A stretch of 64,000 nucleotides of DNA from Octopus vulgaris (Eukaryota). Of the stretch, positions 30,591 to 44,596 are shown one piece after another (within the stretch, counting starts at the first letter, position 1; each line of letters opens with the position of its first letter). Both the position numbers and the translations under genes were made by a program. The notes under the pieces were generated by a model. The model was not told where the DNA came from. It made no database searches and saw nothing but the letters and a program-made list of their open reading frames with translations. The stretch covers positions 79,732,001-79,796,000 of the forward strand of contig OX597816.1 of NCBI GenBank assembly GCA_951406725.2. The letters run 5' to 3'.

Positions 30591-31378
30591 GTAATATAAG
30601 TGGTTATCAAGCATAAAGTAGCCAAAATGCTGTGCTCTGTCATGTGCTCTGATTATATCATTCAACTACGGCAGTAGTTGAATGATATTAAGGCCGCAAT
30701 TTACTCACACGCAGTATTTTTCAGAGCTTGTCGCTCATTCAGTTCTTAACTAAACTGAAAACTGTTATAATTTTTGAAAAGAACCGGTCCCTAGCTATAT
30801 TTTGGCAAAACAATTTGAGATTTTATCCAGTACAAAAAATCTGTAGCAACGTTATAGGAGAGTAGGTAACACCACCAATCAAGTTTAGATCTAAATAAAA
30901 AATTTTTATTTCAAAAGCAAAATATATTTATCTTAGCTTCAGTGATAGAAGAAAGCATGAAGAATTTTAAAGTTTTGATCACATGCAACAAAAATTTGTA
31001 TCAAAAAAGTTGCGAGGTACTATATCATGAAAAAATATAAGTAAGGCAAAAAATTGGATTTAAGTAGAATTAACTATTTTAATTTAAAAACAAACTATAT
31101 TTTAATTAAGCTTAAATGATAGAACTCAATTCGTGGAATTTCATGTTATCAATCTCATGTAATAAAGTTCTAAAAGAAAAAACTTATGAGTGTTTGTTTC
31201 TCAAATTTGAGGGTGATTATATAGTTCTATACTTTTTTTATGAATATAGTTCTGTAACAGGACTTTTAATATGTCACCGGCGTCATTGAGGTAAAGAAAA
31301 AATTATCAACGACATCGCTAATTGACACATTTGACATATTATTAATTAGCATAATAGCATAGCCTGGAAAAATCATGG

Positions 31379-32020
31379 ATTACATGGAAAAATGCGAGCA
31401 AGAGAAATAACATTCTTAAGATTATAAACCTGGAAAATTACAGGACAAGTTATTACACTTGGAAAAGTTCAGGAGAAGTTATTACATCTGGTAAAGTACA
31501 GAACAAGAAAATTTTTACCTAAAATATTGCAGCTAAGGATAAAATTTCAAATAAAATATTTAGATTTAGAAAATATTACCTTTTATTACAACTAAACATT
31601 TTATTACAAGTTATTACTTCTATTTGTTATTATTTGTTACTTTTACTAAAAATAAAAAATAACTCAAAATATTTTTTACACTTTAAAAAATTCATATTTT
31701 AAATTATTAATTAATAATTAGAAGTTTTGAAAATAGGTTATAAAAATAATAGTAGTACATAATTAGTTAGCACAATAAATAGAATAATACAAAAAATAGT
31801 TATATATTACACTCAAATCTACCTATAACAACAAATTCACAGTAAAATTTGCTTGAATTATTGCCCGTTCAAATTTTATCCTTAGCTGCAATATTATAAG
31901 TAAAAAAAAAGTATTATTCTGTACTTTACCAGATGTAATAAATTGTCCTCAAGTTTTGCAATTTTCCAGGTGTATAATCTTAAGAATATTCTTTCTCTTG
32001 CTCGCATTTTCCCATGTAAT
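31379..32020. mobile_element. Foldback/MITE-like element with approx. 150-170-bp imperfect terminal inverted repeats
   Basis: 31379-31550 (attacatggaaaaatgcgagcaagagaaa...gcagctaaggataaaattt) is the reverse complement of 31868-32020. The arms contain approx. 27-bp subrepeats and enclose an extremely AT-rich spacer. Confidence 0.8.
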
Positions 32021-32079
32021 ATATGTGTGTGTGTGTGTACGTATGTATATACTAAAGCAACAGCTCTGTTTCCTTTAAT

Positions 32080-33030
32080 TGTGGATGTGATATATCTCGA
32101 CTTTGCCAAGCCTTCGATAAAGTTAGTTATGGAATGATATCCTCTTAATTGTGTGACTTCGGCATTCTTGGAAAATCAACGAGTGTTTTTTTTTGTATCA
32201 TTTTAAAACGTAGAAGTCAGTCAGTAGCAGCCATCGGCGCTCTCTTTTAGGAGATATCAGTTCGTAGGAGAGTCCCCCAGGGAACTGTTCTGAGACTACT
32301 ACAGAAAGGCTTGAATATAATATACAAGTAGGTTGGGGAAATCAACTTGCAGTTCAATTCTAAAATGTTTTAAGCAGGTTAGAATCAGAATCCACAGGAC
32401 CAGGGGTTACTGAAAGTCACAACCAGCGCACGATCTGGGAAACCACAGGAGCGACGATGCATCATTCCGTGTTCGTAATACTAACATGGCAACAGTGTGC
32501 AGGAGACTGACCGACTGACTGAATTCTGGGATCATTCGAAACCAGTAAAAAATCCTGTTGGTCCTGTGGCGTATATGTTTTCAGTCGCCTGGACTAATTG
32601 ATCCCAATTATGCTCGTGAAGTAGTGTCAATCTGCCAGCGACGCTCAAGGCAATATAATGCTATGCCAAGAAGATTGCTTGAATACTGCAGATGCGCCAT
32701 TGGGAGAACCTGAAAGAACTTTCCAGAGTGAAGATGCGAAAAATATGCAGTGATACATTTATATGAAAGATCGCGGTGGAGTCTGGTGAACAACTTTAAG
32801 GTTCAAAGCTATTCAACACCCTGAACTGGACACCGCTGCATAATATTGGAGGTTCTACCTTCTCACCAAATATTGCTACAGGTCAGGGTTGAAGGATCCT
32901 CAAGTTTTCAATACCTTGCCAGTAAAATTCAGAGATCTACGAGGAGCAAATATGTATGCATTTAAAATCACTTAGACAAATTTTTTATCTGGGATACAAG
33001 GTAAACCTACATCACTAAAACCCAACTCGC
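32080..33030 (+). mobile_element. Degenerate CR1-like LINE RT/3' fragment
   Basis: VDVIYLDFAK-FDKV and VPQGTVL motifs of CR1/L2-type RT; many indels. Confidence 0.7.
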
Positions 33031-34734
33031 TGAGAGAGAGAGAAAGAGAGAGCGAGAGGGGGGAGAGCTAGCTAGCTAGCTAGCTAGATAAAGATAAAGA
33101 GAGCGCGAGAGAGAGGGAAAGAGAGAGAGAGAGAGAGAGAGAGGGAAGAAGCTATGGAAATGAAATGAAATAAACAATTAATCATTCTAATAGCACTACT
33201 CTAGCATGGCCACAGCCACTAACTATGTAAAAACGCATATATATATACATAAATGTATGTGAATATTCATGTGTGCGAGAGTGTGTGTATGTGTGTGTGT
33301 TTAAGTGTGCGCGTGCGTGTGTGTACTTGAGTGTCTGTAAAAAGTGTCTTTTACGTTATCCTAAGAGGTTCGACCATTAGTATTGTAAAAAATGAAGGCT
33401 AAATGTGGCTAATTCTGTTTCATTTTAGCAATTAACATCAATGAAGTTAGAATGTCTAGTATTATAGAGACACCTGTCGACTGTACGAAAAAAGGTTTTT
33501 GATATCTATCGCCAACAACTCCACTACCGCCACCATCATCATCATTAGCTGCAACACCAGCAGTAGCAGCAGCAGCAGTGGTAGTGGTGGTTATAATAGT
33601 AATAGTAAGATCTCGAAGCATTCATGAAATGATGCGGCAAATTAGATCCATCTACTCGCAGACATACATAATACATACATACAAACAAACATACATACAT
33701 TACATTCATCCGTCCATCCGTTCATCCATCAATGCACACACATACACACACACACATACATACATACATACATACATACATACATACATACATACATACA
33801 TACATACATACGTACGTACATACATACGTACATACGTACATACGTATGTATGCATGTGCGTATATTTACCCCTTTATCTTTTTGCCCAATCATCTCTCTA
33901 TTCAAGCATTCATTCATTCCTACATACATAGAAAGATACACACATACACATATACGTACATGCACACATACATATGGTGCAGATAACCGCTTCTGCAGAT
34001 AAACCTCGTTACAGGTATATTCTTCTATAGATCCAGCAATCAATCTATTGCCTAGCAATCCATGCATGTAAACATCCACCCGCTATTTGTTTGTCCATTC
34101 AGGCACCCATTTTTCTATCCACACCTGTACGCATAAATCGTTATGACCCCCTATGGCTACTTGCACCAGTTTAAATAATCCTTCCATTAATCCATTCGAC
34201 CGTCAATTGAACCCCTTCCAGTCTCCATCCATTCATCCATCAATAATCTATCCATTAATTCATCCATCTTACTAACTGACCAGCCAACCAACCGACTAGC
34301 AAGCTAAAAAACCCACCTACCACCCAGCCAGCCAGCCAGCCAGCTAGATAGACTGGCAAGCACAGACAGACAGACAGGCACAGACAGACAGACACACAAT
34401 TAACAAGCAAGGTCTTGCAAAAGAGACACTGAAAGGTGTATATGGAAAATTGTTGATGTAGAACGGGTCTGACTGTAAAACATTGTTTCCGCATTATTAC
34501 ATTTGGTTGGATACACAAATAGACAACATAAACAGGAAGTAATAAACGGAATTAAAAGAAACAAGTACAAACAAACAGAACCTATATGTGTGTATTTGTG
34601 TGTGTCTGAGTGTATACGTACATATATATATATATATATATATATTTATACATATGTGTGCATATGTGTGCACGTGTATATGTGCGTACACGTACACTTT
34701 TATGTAAATGTATATATGTATGTGTGTCTGCATG

Positions 34735-34800
<66 letters not shown>

Positions 34801-34813
34801 TATACGTATACAT

Positions 34814-35260
34814 AGGCGCAGGAGGGGATGTGTGCTATAAGAACCTTGCTTCCCAACTACTTGGTTCGGGTTCAGTCCCGCTGCATTGCTCCTTGGGCAT
34901 GTGTCTTCTACTATAGCCTCGGTCCGAGCAAAGCGTTGTGAGTAGATTTGGTAGACGGAAACTGAAATATATGTATTTATGTCTGTGTTTGTTCTACTAC
35001 CATCGTTTGACAACCGATGTGTGTCCGTGTGTTATGTATTCGGCGGCGGTCGACGGCTAAGGTGGTGGTGGTGGTCGTCGTCGTGTGCCGGTCGGCGCAG
35101 GAACGCGATGCAGTCTCTGTCTAGAGCTCCGAAGTGAAGAAATTGGACGAATGCGGGCAAACAACATAAAGAATAAGTCCAAGGGTCGATTTCTTCGACT
35201 AAAAGAGGTGCTCCAGCATGGCTGCAGTCAAATTATTGAAATAAATAAAAGAATAAAAGA
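34814..35260 (+). mobile_element. SINE family B
   Basis: ggcgcaggag..gggttcagtccc..ccttgggcatgtgtcttctactatagcc..ggtgctccagcatggctgcagtc. Confidence 0.8.
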
Positions 35261-36039
35261 ATGCATACATACTCACATGCGCACACGCACAAAGCGTTTA
35301 GATGTAGGTTTAACTGTATATCCCCCCTGTGTCTCCTTGTTTCTCTCTCTTGTCTCATTGTTTCCCCATATAGATAAATACACAGTCATTCATTCATACA
35401 TACATACATACATACATACATACATACATACATACACACATACACATACACATATGTATACATTCTTAAGTATGTATGGATTTATGCATGTATGCAAGTA
35501 TGTATTTGTGTTTGTATGTATTCTGCGTTTATTTATTTTTTTGTTTTTGTTTTTTTCGTGGTGTGTTGGTGCTGACTTCTCTGCCGATAGATTTCGTTAA
35601 TGTTAGTATATTTATCAAGACATTGATGTAAGTGAAGTGTTTAATATTCAGCTCCTGTGGTTGGATGTCATCAAACGAGGAGAAATTGTGAGTAGGAAGG
35701 AAATTCCAGAAGGCTGATGTGATGTTTTGGTGAGGGAGGATAAAGAAAAACGTGTTTAATGCGGGATCTGGAATATAGGCTATATAACAGGTTTAGAATA
35801 AAGAGATAAAAAGAAAGGGATGCCTTGAGTTGAGAAAGTATGCAACCAACTAGTTCTCAGAAATCGTTACCACTGGAGTTGTGGTAAAAAAGCAAAGTTA
35901 GAGGAAGCTTCATCATAGCCTAAAGGCGATAGTTTGGTTGTGGTGAATAGAAACTTGTCATTTTGCTTTATGGTTTTCTAGGATACATTTTGTCTAAAGA
36001 AGTGCTGACGCTGCCCTTATTGTTGTACTTATACAAGAG

Positions 36040-36351
36040 TGAAGGCGCGTGGCTTACTGGTTATGACATTCGGCTCACGATCTTGCGATCGTGAGTTCAA
36101 TTCCCGTCACGTTTTGACCTTCAGCAAGACATTTTATTTCATGTTACTCTAGTCCATTCAGCAGGCAAAAATGTGTTGTACTATATTTCAAAGAGCCAGC
36201 CTTGTCGCATCCTGTGTCACGCTGAATCCCCATAAGAACTACATTAAGGGTACTCGTGTCTGAGGAGTGCTAGGACATTAATTCCACTAGCAAGCTGTTC
36301 CGTTGATCGGATCAGCTGAAACGCTTATCGTCGCAACCGACGGAGTACCAA
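36040..36351 (+). mobile_element. tRNA-derived SINE (family C-related)
   Basis: gaaggcgcgtggcttactgg..gttcaattcc..agcaagacattttatttc, shared with the 28010 copy. Confidence 0.75.
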
Positions 36352-38248
36352 TGAGGAGAGATATATAAGATGATGTAAAAGGTAATGAATTCAAAGAGAC
36401 AATACAACATTGGACAAAATGCTTTGAGATATTTAGTTAGATCTCTTCATGCTCTGGGCTAAAATCCTGCTAGGAGTCATCCTTGTCGTTTTTCCTTCAG
36501 GGTACGATAAAATAAAGTACGAATCAAGTAGTGGTGTCGATATTATTCGACTATAGCACACCAGTAAATCATTCGACTATAGCACACCAGCAAATGTATG
36601 TTAGAAATCAACACAATGAGTGCAACCATGGTTATCTGTTTAAAAAGAGACCTATCATAGGTCTGTATGGGAAAACAAATAAAAGACATACGATATGCTT
36701 CATTGTTGTATTGTGTCACATCATTAGCATTCTCAGATGCAGTTTCTTGACAGTTTTGTCTGACAGCGCAGGATTTTCTCAGAGATTTAATTTAGCGAGA
36801 ATGAATCGCAGAACTTTGCATCTATCCTTATAACTGAAATTCTACCTGAAACGGATAAGAGTCAGCCATTTAAGCAGGTCCTTCCAGTATTTCTATTTAC
36901 ATGTCTTGCTTGAACATTTAGGAAATCCTCAATCTGGTGTACTATGCTGTTATTCGGCCCATAAATAATTCCTTTCATTAGATCATTACTCATTCTATTC
37001 ATGTTGTACCAAGCAGAGATACAGCTGTTCTTAATTTTGAAACCTATAGACATCCAGCTTATTTTCAGCCCCACTTCTTGACTATGATTTTTGTGTCACG
37101 TAAATAAAGAAATAGTATTTGCTTTTGAGTGGTAAACCTTATCTTTCGACCGGTTTAAAAACACTAACTTACTCTTGGGTGCTTTTAACAGTTTATTCTG
37201 TTGCTAGTAGCTGGAAATGGTTAGCCAAACCTGTCAACCCTTTCTCCTACCGGACAATAAGATTATGATACTGTCCTGCTTCGTTTGATTAAACTATAAA
37301 AAGGTTTGAACTGACAACTGAGTTATAGTCTCGATTTTTCTGATGGTAGGAGGTTTGTGGAATCAATAATCAACCAGCAGAAAAATGCGTATTATTGACA
37401 AAGAGTCTTTCTGTGATGATATCAACTCCTTGTACATTACTGGTATTTGTAGCATTCAAATACTGAAACGAAATATACAATGTGTCCCCTTTGTTTTTGT
37501 TTGTTCATTTTTTTTGTCACGGCGATAAGCTATATTTCATAATATAAGGTGAACTGCGATATTTTGAGATAAGCACATTAGCAATGGACGCTTGAAAATA
37601 CTTATGATGAAATACAGGTACCGGTTATTGATTGTTCAACTGGTAGTTCACCATCCAACCAATAACATCATCTGTACCTCTCTTTCCAATTTACTTGTCT
37701 ATGTACAGTGCTTCTCTTTAATAATCAATGACAAGTGAAATGTTAAATCAATTATGACAAGATATATCAAACGCTTCATTAAAACATTAAAGTTCTGAAG
37801 CCACTTATCCAATTCAGTCTCCAGCATAAACGAAATATCACGTGTTTCAGTATGCTTTGAAAATTTCAGTTTCCAATAAGCAACGGAGTAAATGGTTGAC
37901 TGAGCATAATATGACTGGTAAGGTCGATTTTGCCTTTTATCCTTTCAGGGTCGATAAAATAGGTACCAATTTGAACACCAGAGTCGATGTAATGATTTAC
38001 CTTGTCTCAGCATGAAATTGTTGGCCTCGTGCGAAAATTTGAAGCCAATATGTGTGCGTGTGTGTGTGTGTGCATTATGCTTTACTTGTTTCAGTCTTTG
38101 GACTGCGGCCATGTTAGGATACTGTGTTGAAGGATTTTGTGGAACAAATTGACCCCAGTACTTATTTTTAAGCATCATGTTCTCTCTCTTTTTGCTGAAC
38201 CGCTAATTACGGGAACGTAATCAAATACCGATTGGCAAGTGTTAGTGC

Positions 38249-38311
<63 letters not shown>

Positions 38312-39136
38312 ATACATACAAACTTATACACGTAGACCCCCAACTTTTGGTACTTGGTTCTCTTTCTTTTTTCTTTCTTTCTTTCTTTCTTTCTTTGTCT
38401 TTTTCTCTTTCTCTTTTTCTCTCTTTTCTCCCCCTCTCTCTCTCTCGTTTTGCCTTCATTAAAAAGTACGAATATTTAACAAGGACACTGATATGCAGTT
38501 TTAATTATTAAGACAGATCAAAAATTAGATGTGATAGGATAAAGAGACCACTTGATGATAGCATTAGATCACTAAAAGAGAATGATGGATACTAGAATCT
38601 AGTGGTGTAACAGGATGATAAAATAATGGAAAGAGAGTTGAAAAAGAGTGTCAAAAGTGTACATAAGAAAAATATCTGAAACAAAACTACTAAAAGAAAT
38701 ATCGTCAAGACAATCAAAATGTGAGCTTGCCAGAGATGAGATGCTCTGCTCATTCTTTTAAAGTATACAAAGACAGCACCACATTATTTCTATAGAAGAA
38801 CTGGGCAGTTTCTGATAATGCGTAACGTACGAAACATTTAAAATAATCTCGTTTACGACAAAGGGAGGAAAATACAGCATCGTTAAATATACTATCAAAA
38901 GAAGATATTATTTGATTTCTTTTTGAAAACTGTTTAATTTGGAACACATAACGAGGAAAAGATTTATGGGATTTCTCCGAAGAGATTGGTAGTACTATTG
39001 AATCAAAAATACCAGATATGTATCACTGACTGAAAATTCATACGCGTGCGCGCGCGCACACACACATACAGAGAAAAACACCACCACCACCACCACCACA
39101 CACACATGTATATCGACACACAGAAGCAGAAACGAA

Positions 39137-39167
<31 letters not shown>

Positions 39168-39421
39168 ATAGATAGATTTGGCTATCTTGGGATCAGATAC
39201 CAGATTATAATTAAATTACTTTCAACAGATTAATTCTAGAATTATGTAATGAAAATACATAATGTGAATTTAAATTAAATTTGTTTTAAACACTGTTTAT
39301 CCGAATCATACTATAGGCTATGTTAGCCATAGGCGGTTACTGGTTTAGAAATGAAACGGGAAGACTCAAAAATATATGATATGATATAATATAATATATA
39401 TATCTATACATACATATACAT

Positions 39422-39469
<48 letters not shown>

Positions 39470-39499
39470 TATCTAAATATATGTATATATATATGTGTA

Positions 39500-39682
39500 T
39501 ATGTACATTATTTACATTATTTACATTTGACAGATATTTGCTCTCATCTTGTTTGTTGTTAACACAACGTTTCGGCTGATATGCCCTCCAGCCTTCATCA
39601 GGTGTCTTGGGGAAATTTCGAACCTGGGTTAACAGCAAACAAGATGAGGGTAAATATCCGTCACATGTAAATAATGTACATA
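39500..39682. mobile_element. TA-flanked inverted-repeat element (PLE pseudo-LTR remnant) enclosing a hammerhead motif
   Basis: Arms 39500-39563 and 39628-39682 are imperfect reverse complements. Confidence 0.75.
39561..39606 (-). ncRNA. Minimal hammerhead ribozyme motif with canonical core
   Basis: Minus strand GACAC-CTGATGA-A-GGCTG gagggcatat CAGCC-GAA-ACGT-T-GTGTT. Confidence 0.75.
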
Positions 39683-39695
39683 ATTCCTCATCTCT

Positions 39696-39754
<59 letters not shown>

Positions 39755-40496
39755 GATAAGATAAGAGAAAAAAATCTATCAGAAAGGAACTCTATCTCTC
39801 TTAAAAAAATATCTTTTGATAAGCATAACAAATGCGCAACCGGTAAAAAGAACTTTCACCTAATTAAATACACTCTCCCTTACTGAAATTATTTTGTCAG
39901 CATTTTCTTCATTTCCTTTTTTTATATATCACAACACGTGTTCCACATCTCCTTTTTTAAAATATATATATATATACACGCACACACACACACACACCAG
40001 CCCATCTGGAGTATGTTTTATCATATATATAGAGATGCATATATATATGTCTATGTGTATGTGTAGACAGCCATAAATGAACATAACAAACACAAGTATA
40101 TTCATACATAGGAAGCCCACATGCATAAATAAAAAAAGTGCCCACACGACCACACAGATACGTAGTTACGTATAATAACGAAGACATAGGGAAGGACGGT
40201 AACAGCACAAAAAGGAAGGTGAAAAGAGAGATAGATACAATACTCTTAAGTACGAAATAGCCCGGCTATGGAAAATGCAGAAGGTGACGATAGTGCCAAA
40301 TATGTACGTTATACAAACGTATTTACTTCATGAAAACAAAAGGTAAAAGCAAAAGTATGTCACATACTGCAAGTGTCAAGGTGTGGTTACGATTACATCT
40401 GATACATTGAGAGAGAGTGAGAGAGAGACAATTATTATTAAATCTATAATTCTTTGTTTATTTGGCATTAATATTGGTTAGACCATATTATTCCGT

Positions 40497-40716
40497 AAGG
40501 AGTATAGGGCCGTTTCCCGGTTTCTCTGGCGTATATACTCCTCCCTAGATGGAAAGCAGGCACATTAGAGGATTATTCAATGTTACCAGTTGAGTGGACG
40601 GGAGCAACTTGAATTGTTTTGCGAAAGAACACAACGCGTCGCCCGGTACAGGAATCGAAACCACAATCTTACGATCATGAGTTCAACACTCTAATCACTG
40701 AGCCATGCGCTTCCAC
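40497..40716 (-). mobile_element. tRNA-derived SINE (family C-related, reverse)
   Basis: Minus strand gtggaagcgcatggctcagtgattagagtg..gtttcgattcc..tgtgttctttcgcaaaac. Confidence 0.75.
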
Positions 40717-41216
40717 TTATACTTGTATAATTTCGAACGATTAGTGGTTGCTATAACAATCTACTTTTGACGTAGTAGAGTAAGAAAGTTTAACGGCAGT
40801 CTTATTGAAAATCTGATAGTAGTTGTGCGTTGGTTCGAATTTGTCATTAAGAATGTTGCAGAATAAACATGCTATTTTCGTTATACCACGTAATGTTCAG
40901 TGTTGAGATAGTCTACTCATCATTTTCAAGTGTACAAATACAGAACTACATTATTTGGATAGGACAACTGGGAAGCTTCTGATAATGTGTAGCGCATATA
41001 ACATTTAAAGTAATCTCGAAAGACTGTTTATGAAAGAGAGAGAAAAGCAGAGTATCGTTAAATGTAGCAACCGTAGAAGACAGTGTTTGATTTTCATTTT
41101 GAAAACTGTGTTCAATTTGGAAATATAATGAGGAAAAGACTTTATGGGATTTTTCTGTAGAAACCGGTCATACTATTGAATCAAAAATGCCAGATATGAA
41201 TACGGATGACAGAAAG

Positions 41217-41273
<57 letters not shown>

Positions 41274-41345
41274 TTTGTATTTGGCTTGCAAGATTCTTTA
41301 TGTGAATTCGCCTGTTGAAGCATATTTAATTATGTCTGAGAATAG

Positions 41346-41565
41346 TCTTATTAATTAACACACTCACCGGTTCGATTTCCACTCATTTACTTACTTATTT
41401 TTTTCTAAAATTTTCGTTGCTTCTTACAACTTCTTAATAATTGTTGACTCTTCAATGGTCGTTGACTCTCGGAATTGAAGAGGTTGCAAGAAGCAACGAA
41501 AATTTTAGAAAAAATAAATAAGTAGATGAGTAGAAATCGAACTGGTGAGTGTGTTGATTAATAAG

Positions 41566-41566
<1 letters not shown>
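41346..41566. mobile_element. TA-flanked palindromic element (probable PLE pseudo-LTR remnant) with partial hammerhead at 41475-41507
   Basis: Approx. 90-bp inverted arms. TTGAAGA-G-GTTGC aagaa GCAAC-GAAAATTTTA; stem I not evident. Confidence 0.65.
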
Positions 41567-41608
<42 letters not shown>

Positions 41609-41714
41609 AGCATGGACTCGCTTTACTGTATATGAATTTTTTATGTCTGACTCTATTGAATATTATATATGAATTTTTTATATTTGATAGCATTAACTAT
41701 CTTTTTTATATATA

Positions 41715-41766
41715 ATTTTTTTTGATAAGGTTCGTCATTTCAAGAACCGAAAAATGTTAAATAAAT
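41715..41766 (+). ncRNA. Hammerhead-like motif, U3:A8 core, in a TA-flanked element (41605-41830)
   Basis: ATTTTTT-TTGATAA-GGTTC gtcatttcaa GAACC-GAA-AAATGTT-A-AATAAAT. Confidence 0.5.
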
Positions 41767-41827
41767 AATGTATATATAAAAATTAAAATTTGTCTAATAT
41801 AGCAGCATTTTCAAACTTCATTTTTTA

Positions 41828-41875
<48 letters not shown>

Positions 41876-42295
41876 GTTGCAGAAGCAGAAAAGAATAAGT
41901 AAATAAATACATAAATAAATAAATAAAAAGCTTTGGCCATATTTGCATTGGATACCAGTTCCGGCTGCTTGCAAAGACAGATTATAATTAAATTGGCTTG
42001 AAAGTTATACCAAGTAGTAGTCATTATTCTGTTCCGTTCATTACTATTTAATGGTAGGTTACTTTAGTATGATATATATGTATTTATACACACACACATA
42101 CACACATACACATACACACATACACATACACACATACGACTCTATGAATATACACATAATTGTATATGTACACGTCTTTTTTTATGGCTGGTAATATATA
42201 TGTTTATATGTATTTCTTGTGAGACGTTTGTAGTGAAATAAAGGATGTTTACAATGACTACAGCAGAAACACAAATGCACACTCTCTCACGAACA

Positions 42296-42401
<106 letters not shown>

Positions 42402-42720
42402 GACAAACAGACAAACAGTCACACAGTGAAACATAGAAAATAAACAACCCAGACACTCACATAAGGGAAATTACACAGAAATAAATAGGTAGATATGTAT
42501 TCAATTAGATATAGGTTAAACACGACAGTTGTTCAGAAAAATCGAAGCAACATGAGAATGCTGGGTACCTTGCAAGGTAATCAGACTATTTTTGACTTTT
42601 ATGATATTTGATTCATACGCTTACACCTTTCTTCCTCCTCTTTTCCTTCGACCTGTCTACATACCAATCTATCTACACACTAACCAATTTCTAACCTCTG
42701 TTTCTACATTACTCTTTCAT

Positions 42721-42779
<59 letters not shown>

Positions 42780-42807
42780 CATACATATACATACATACAT
42801 ACATATA

Positions 42808-42859
<52 letters not shown>

Positions 42860-42892
42860 ATAAACTTACTTGCAAATGGATGCGTGGCGTTC

Positions 42893-42930
<38 letters not shown>

Positions 42931-42960
42931 TATATATATATGTGGATATATATATATATG

Positions 42961-43042
<82 letters not shown>

Positions 43043-43137
43043 TAATCCAAACAAGAAAGCACAAAAGACACAACAACGCGAGGACGTGGAACAAATATAG
43101 TATTGTTGGACGCTCAGGAAAGAAGGAAGGAAGGAGG

Positions 43138-43172
43138 GTTTAACGTTTCGAGCGGAGCTCTTCGTCGGAAAC
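43138..43172 (-). ncRNA. Minimal hammerhead motif (U4C variant) in a TA-adjacent element 43041-43192
   Basis: Minus strand GTTT-CCGACGA-A-GAGC tcc GCTC-GAA-ACGT-T-AAAC. Confidence 0.6.
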
Positions 43173-43789
43173 ATAGGAGAAGGAAAGATCCAGAGAGAGA
43201 GAGAGAGAGAGAGATGCATTTATAGTTCCTGTCTTACTGCACAAAGAAATGAAACGTCCAATTTGTTATGCTTTCATCCATCAAAGATTCACAGTTATTT
43301 TTATCCAGTCATTTTCTTTTTAAATTTATCTCGCCACTCACTGAAATTTTACGTATACTTCACTAAGCATATAAAATCTGACAGTTACCTTTACATTATA
43401 CCTTAACCTTCCCAGAATAGTCACTATACTATCATATTTAGTCTTACCCCTCACAGTATCATATTTATAATTAATGTAAATACCTAGCTTGTTCAACCGA
43501 CCTTCTCTTTTCTTTTTGCCCTGAACCTGTTAATGATAGTAGTAATAAAGATCATGAGTCTCTCGTGAAGAAAAAGAGATTGCTCTATCGGAGGCAGTTC
43601 TACTCCAAAAAGGTAGAGGGTCTTTGAAGCGGTGGTTTGATAAAAGCAGCAGTGGTTGTGACACTTTAACACCAAAGTCCCTTTTATAAATGAAATACTA
43701 AGCAAAAAATATAATCACGATTATATTTATGAGACTGGAACCTCGAGTAAATGTCTGTTACACGGCAAGTGTTTTACTTTGCAATTGGA

Positions 43790-44502
43790 TAAGCATAGTC
43801 GTTATACAAACATTGCTGATTAAGATAATATGGTTTCAAAACGAAAAAAGAACTGTGCTGGAATACTATTTTAGAAACAGGCCTACGAATACAGGATACT
43901 GGAAAAGGATGTATGAAATATGGATAAAGAAAGGTCATGATCCCTGTCTCGGAACAAAATCTTTTGCACCCACAAAAGTTAATCATGAAGAGACAGTGGT
44001 TATTCCAGTTTGAACTGGAGATCTCCACAATAGTGAAAGATGAAGAACAAGATTATGTAGAAAGAGACGAAGAACTCGAACAAGAAATAGCAAAGGAAGT
44101 AATAAATTCTCAGGAGAGAAATAACAGACCAGAGATATAGAGCACAAACCACAGAGGGTGGCGGAGACGGCTACCAGCAAAATCCTCTGGGACTTCCCAA
44201 TCCAAACAGATCAGGTGCTAGAGCATAACATACTAGACCTAGTGGCGGTGGACAAGGTGCACCACATATACTGTATAGTTGATGCTGCATGCCCCTTTGA
44301 CTCACGAATAGTCAAAAAAGAAGGCGAAAAGAGAGATAGATACAATACTCTTAAGTACGAAATAGCCCGGCTATGGAAAATGCAGAAGGTAACGATAGTG
44401 CCAAATATTGTTGGGTGCTGGGGAACAGTATCAGAAGCCTCAAGAGGACACAATATCTTCAATCAACAATATCACGATATTGGATACTGTGCTACGTCTT
44501 CA
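43790..44502 (+). mobile_element. Internally deleted R4/Dong-like element (N-terminus joined to endonuclease end), (TAA)n tail 44503-44602
   Basis: NEKRTVLEYYFRNRPTNTGYWKRMYEIW..SEQNL..WLFQFELE (R4/Dong N-terminal motif) followed within about 150 bp by KILWDFPIQTD..IVDAACPFD..KYEIARLWK. No RT between them. Confidence 0.75.
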
Positions 44503-44505
44503 ATG

Positions 44506-44596
<91 letters not shown>

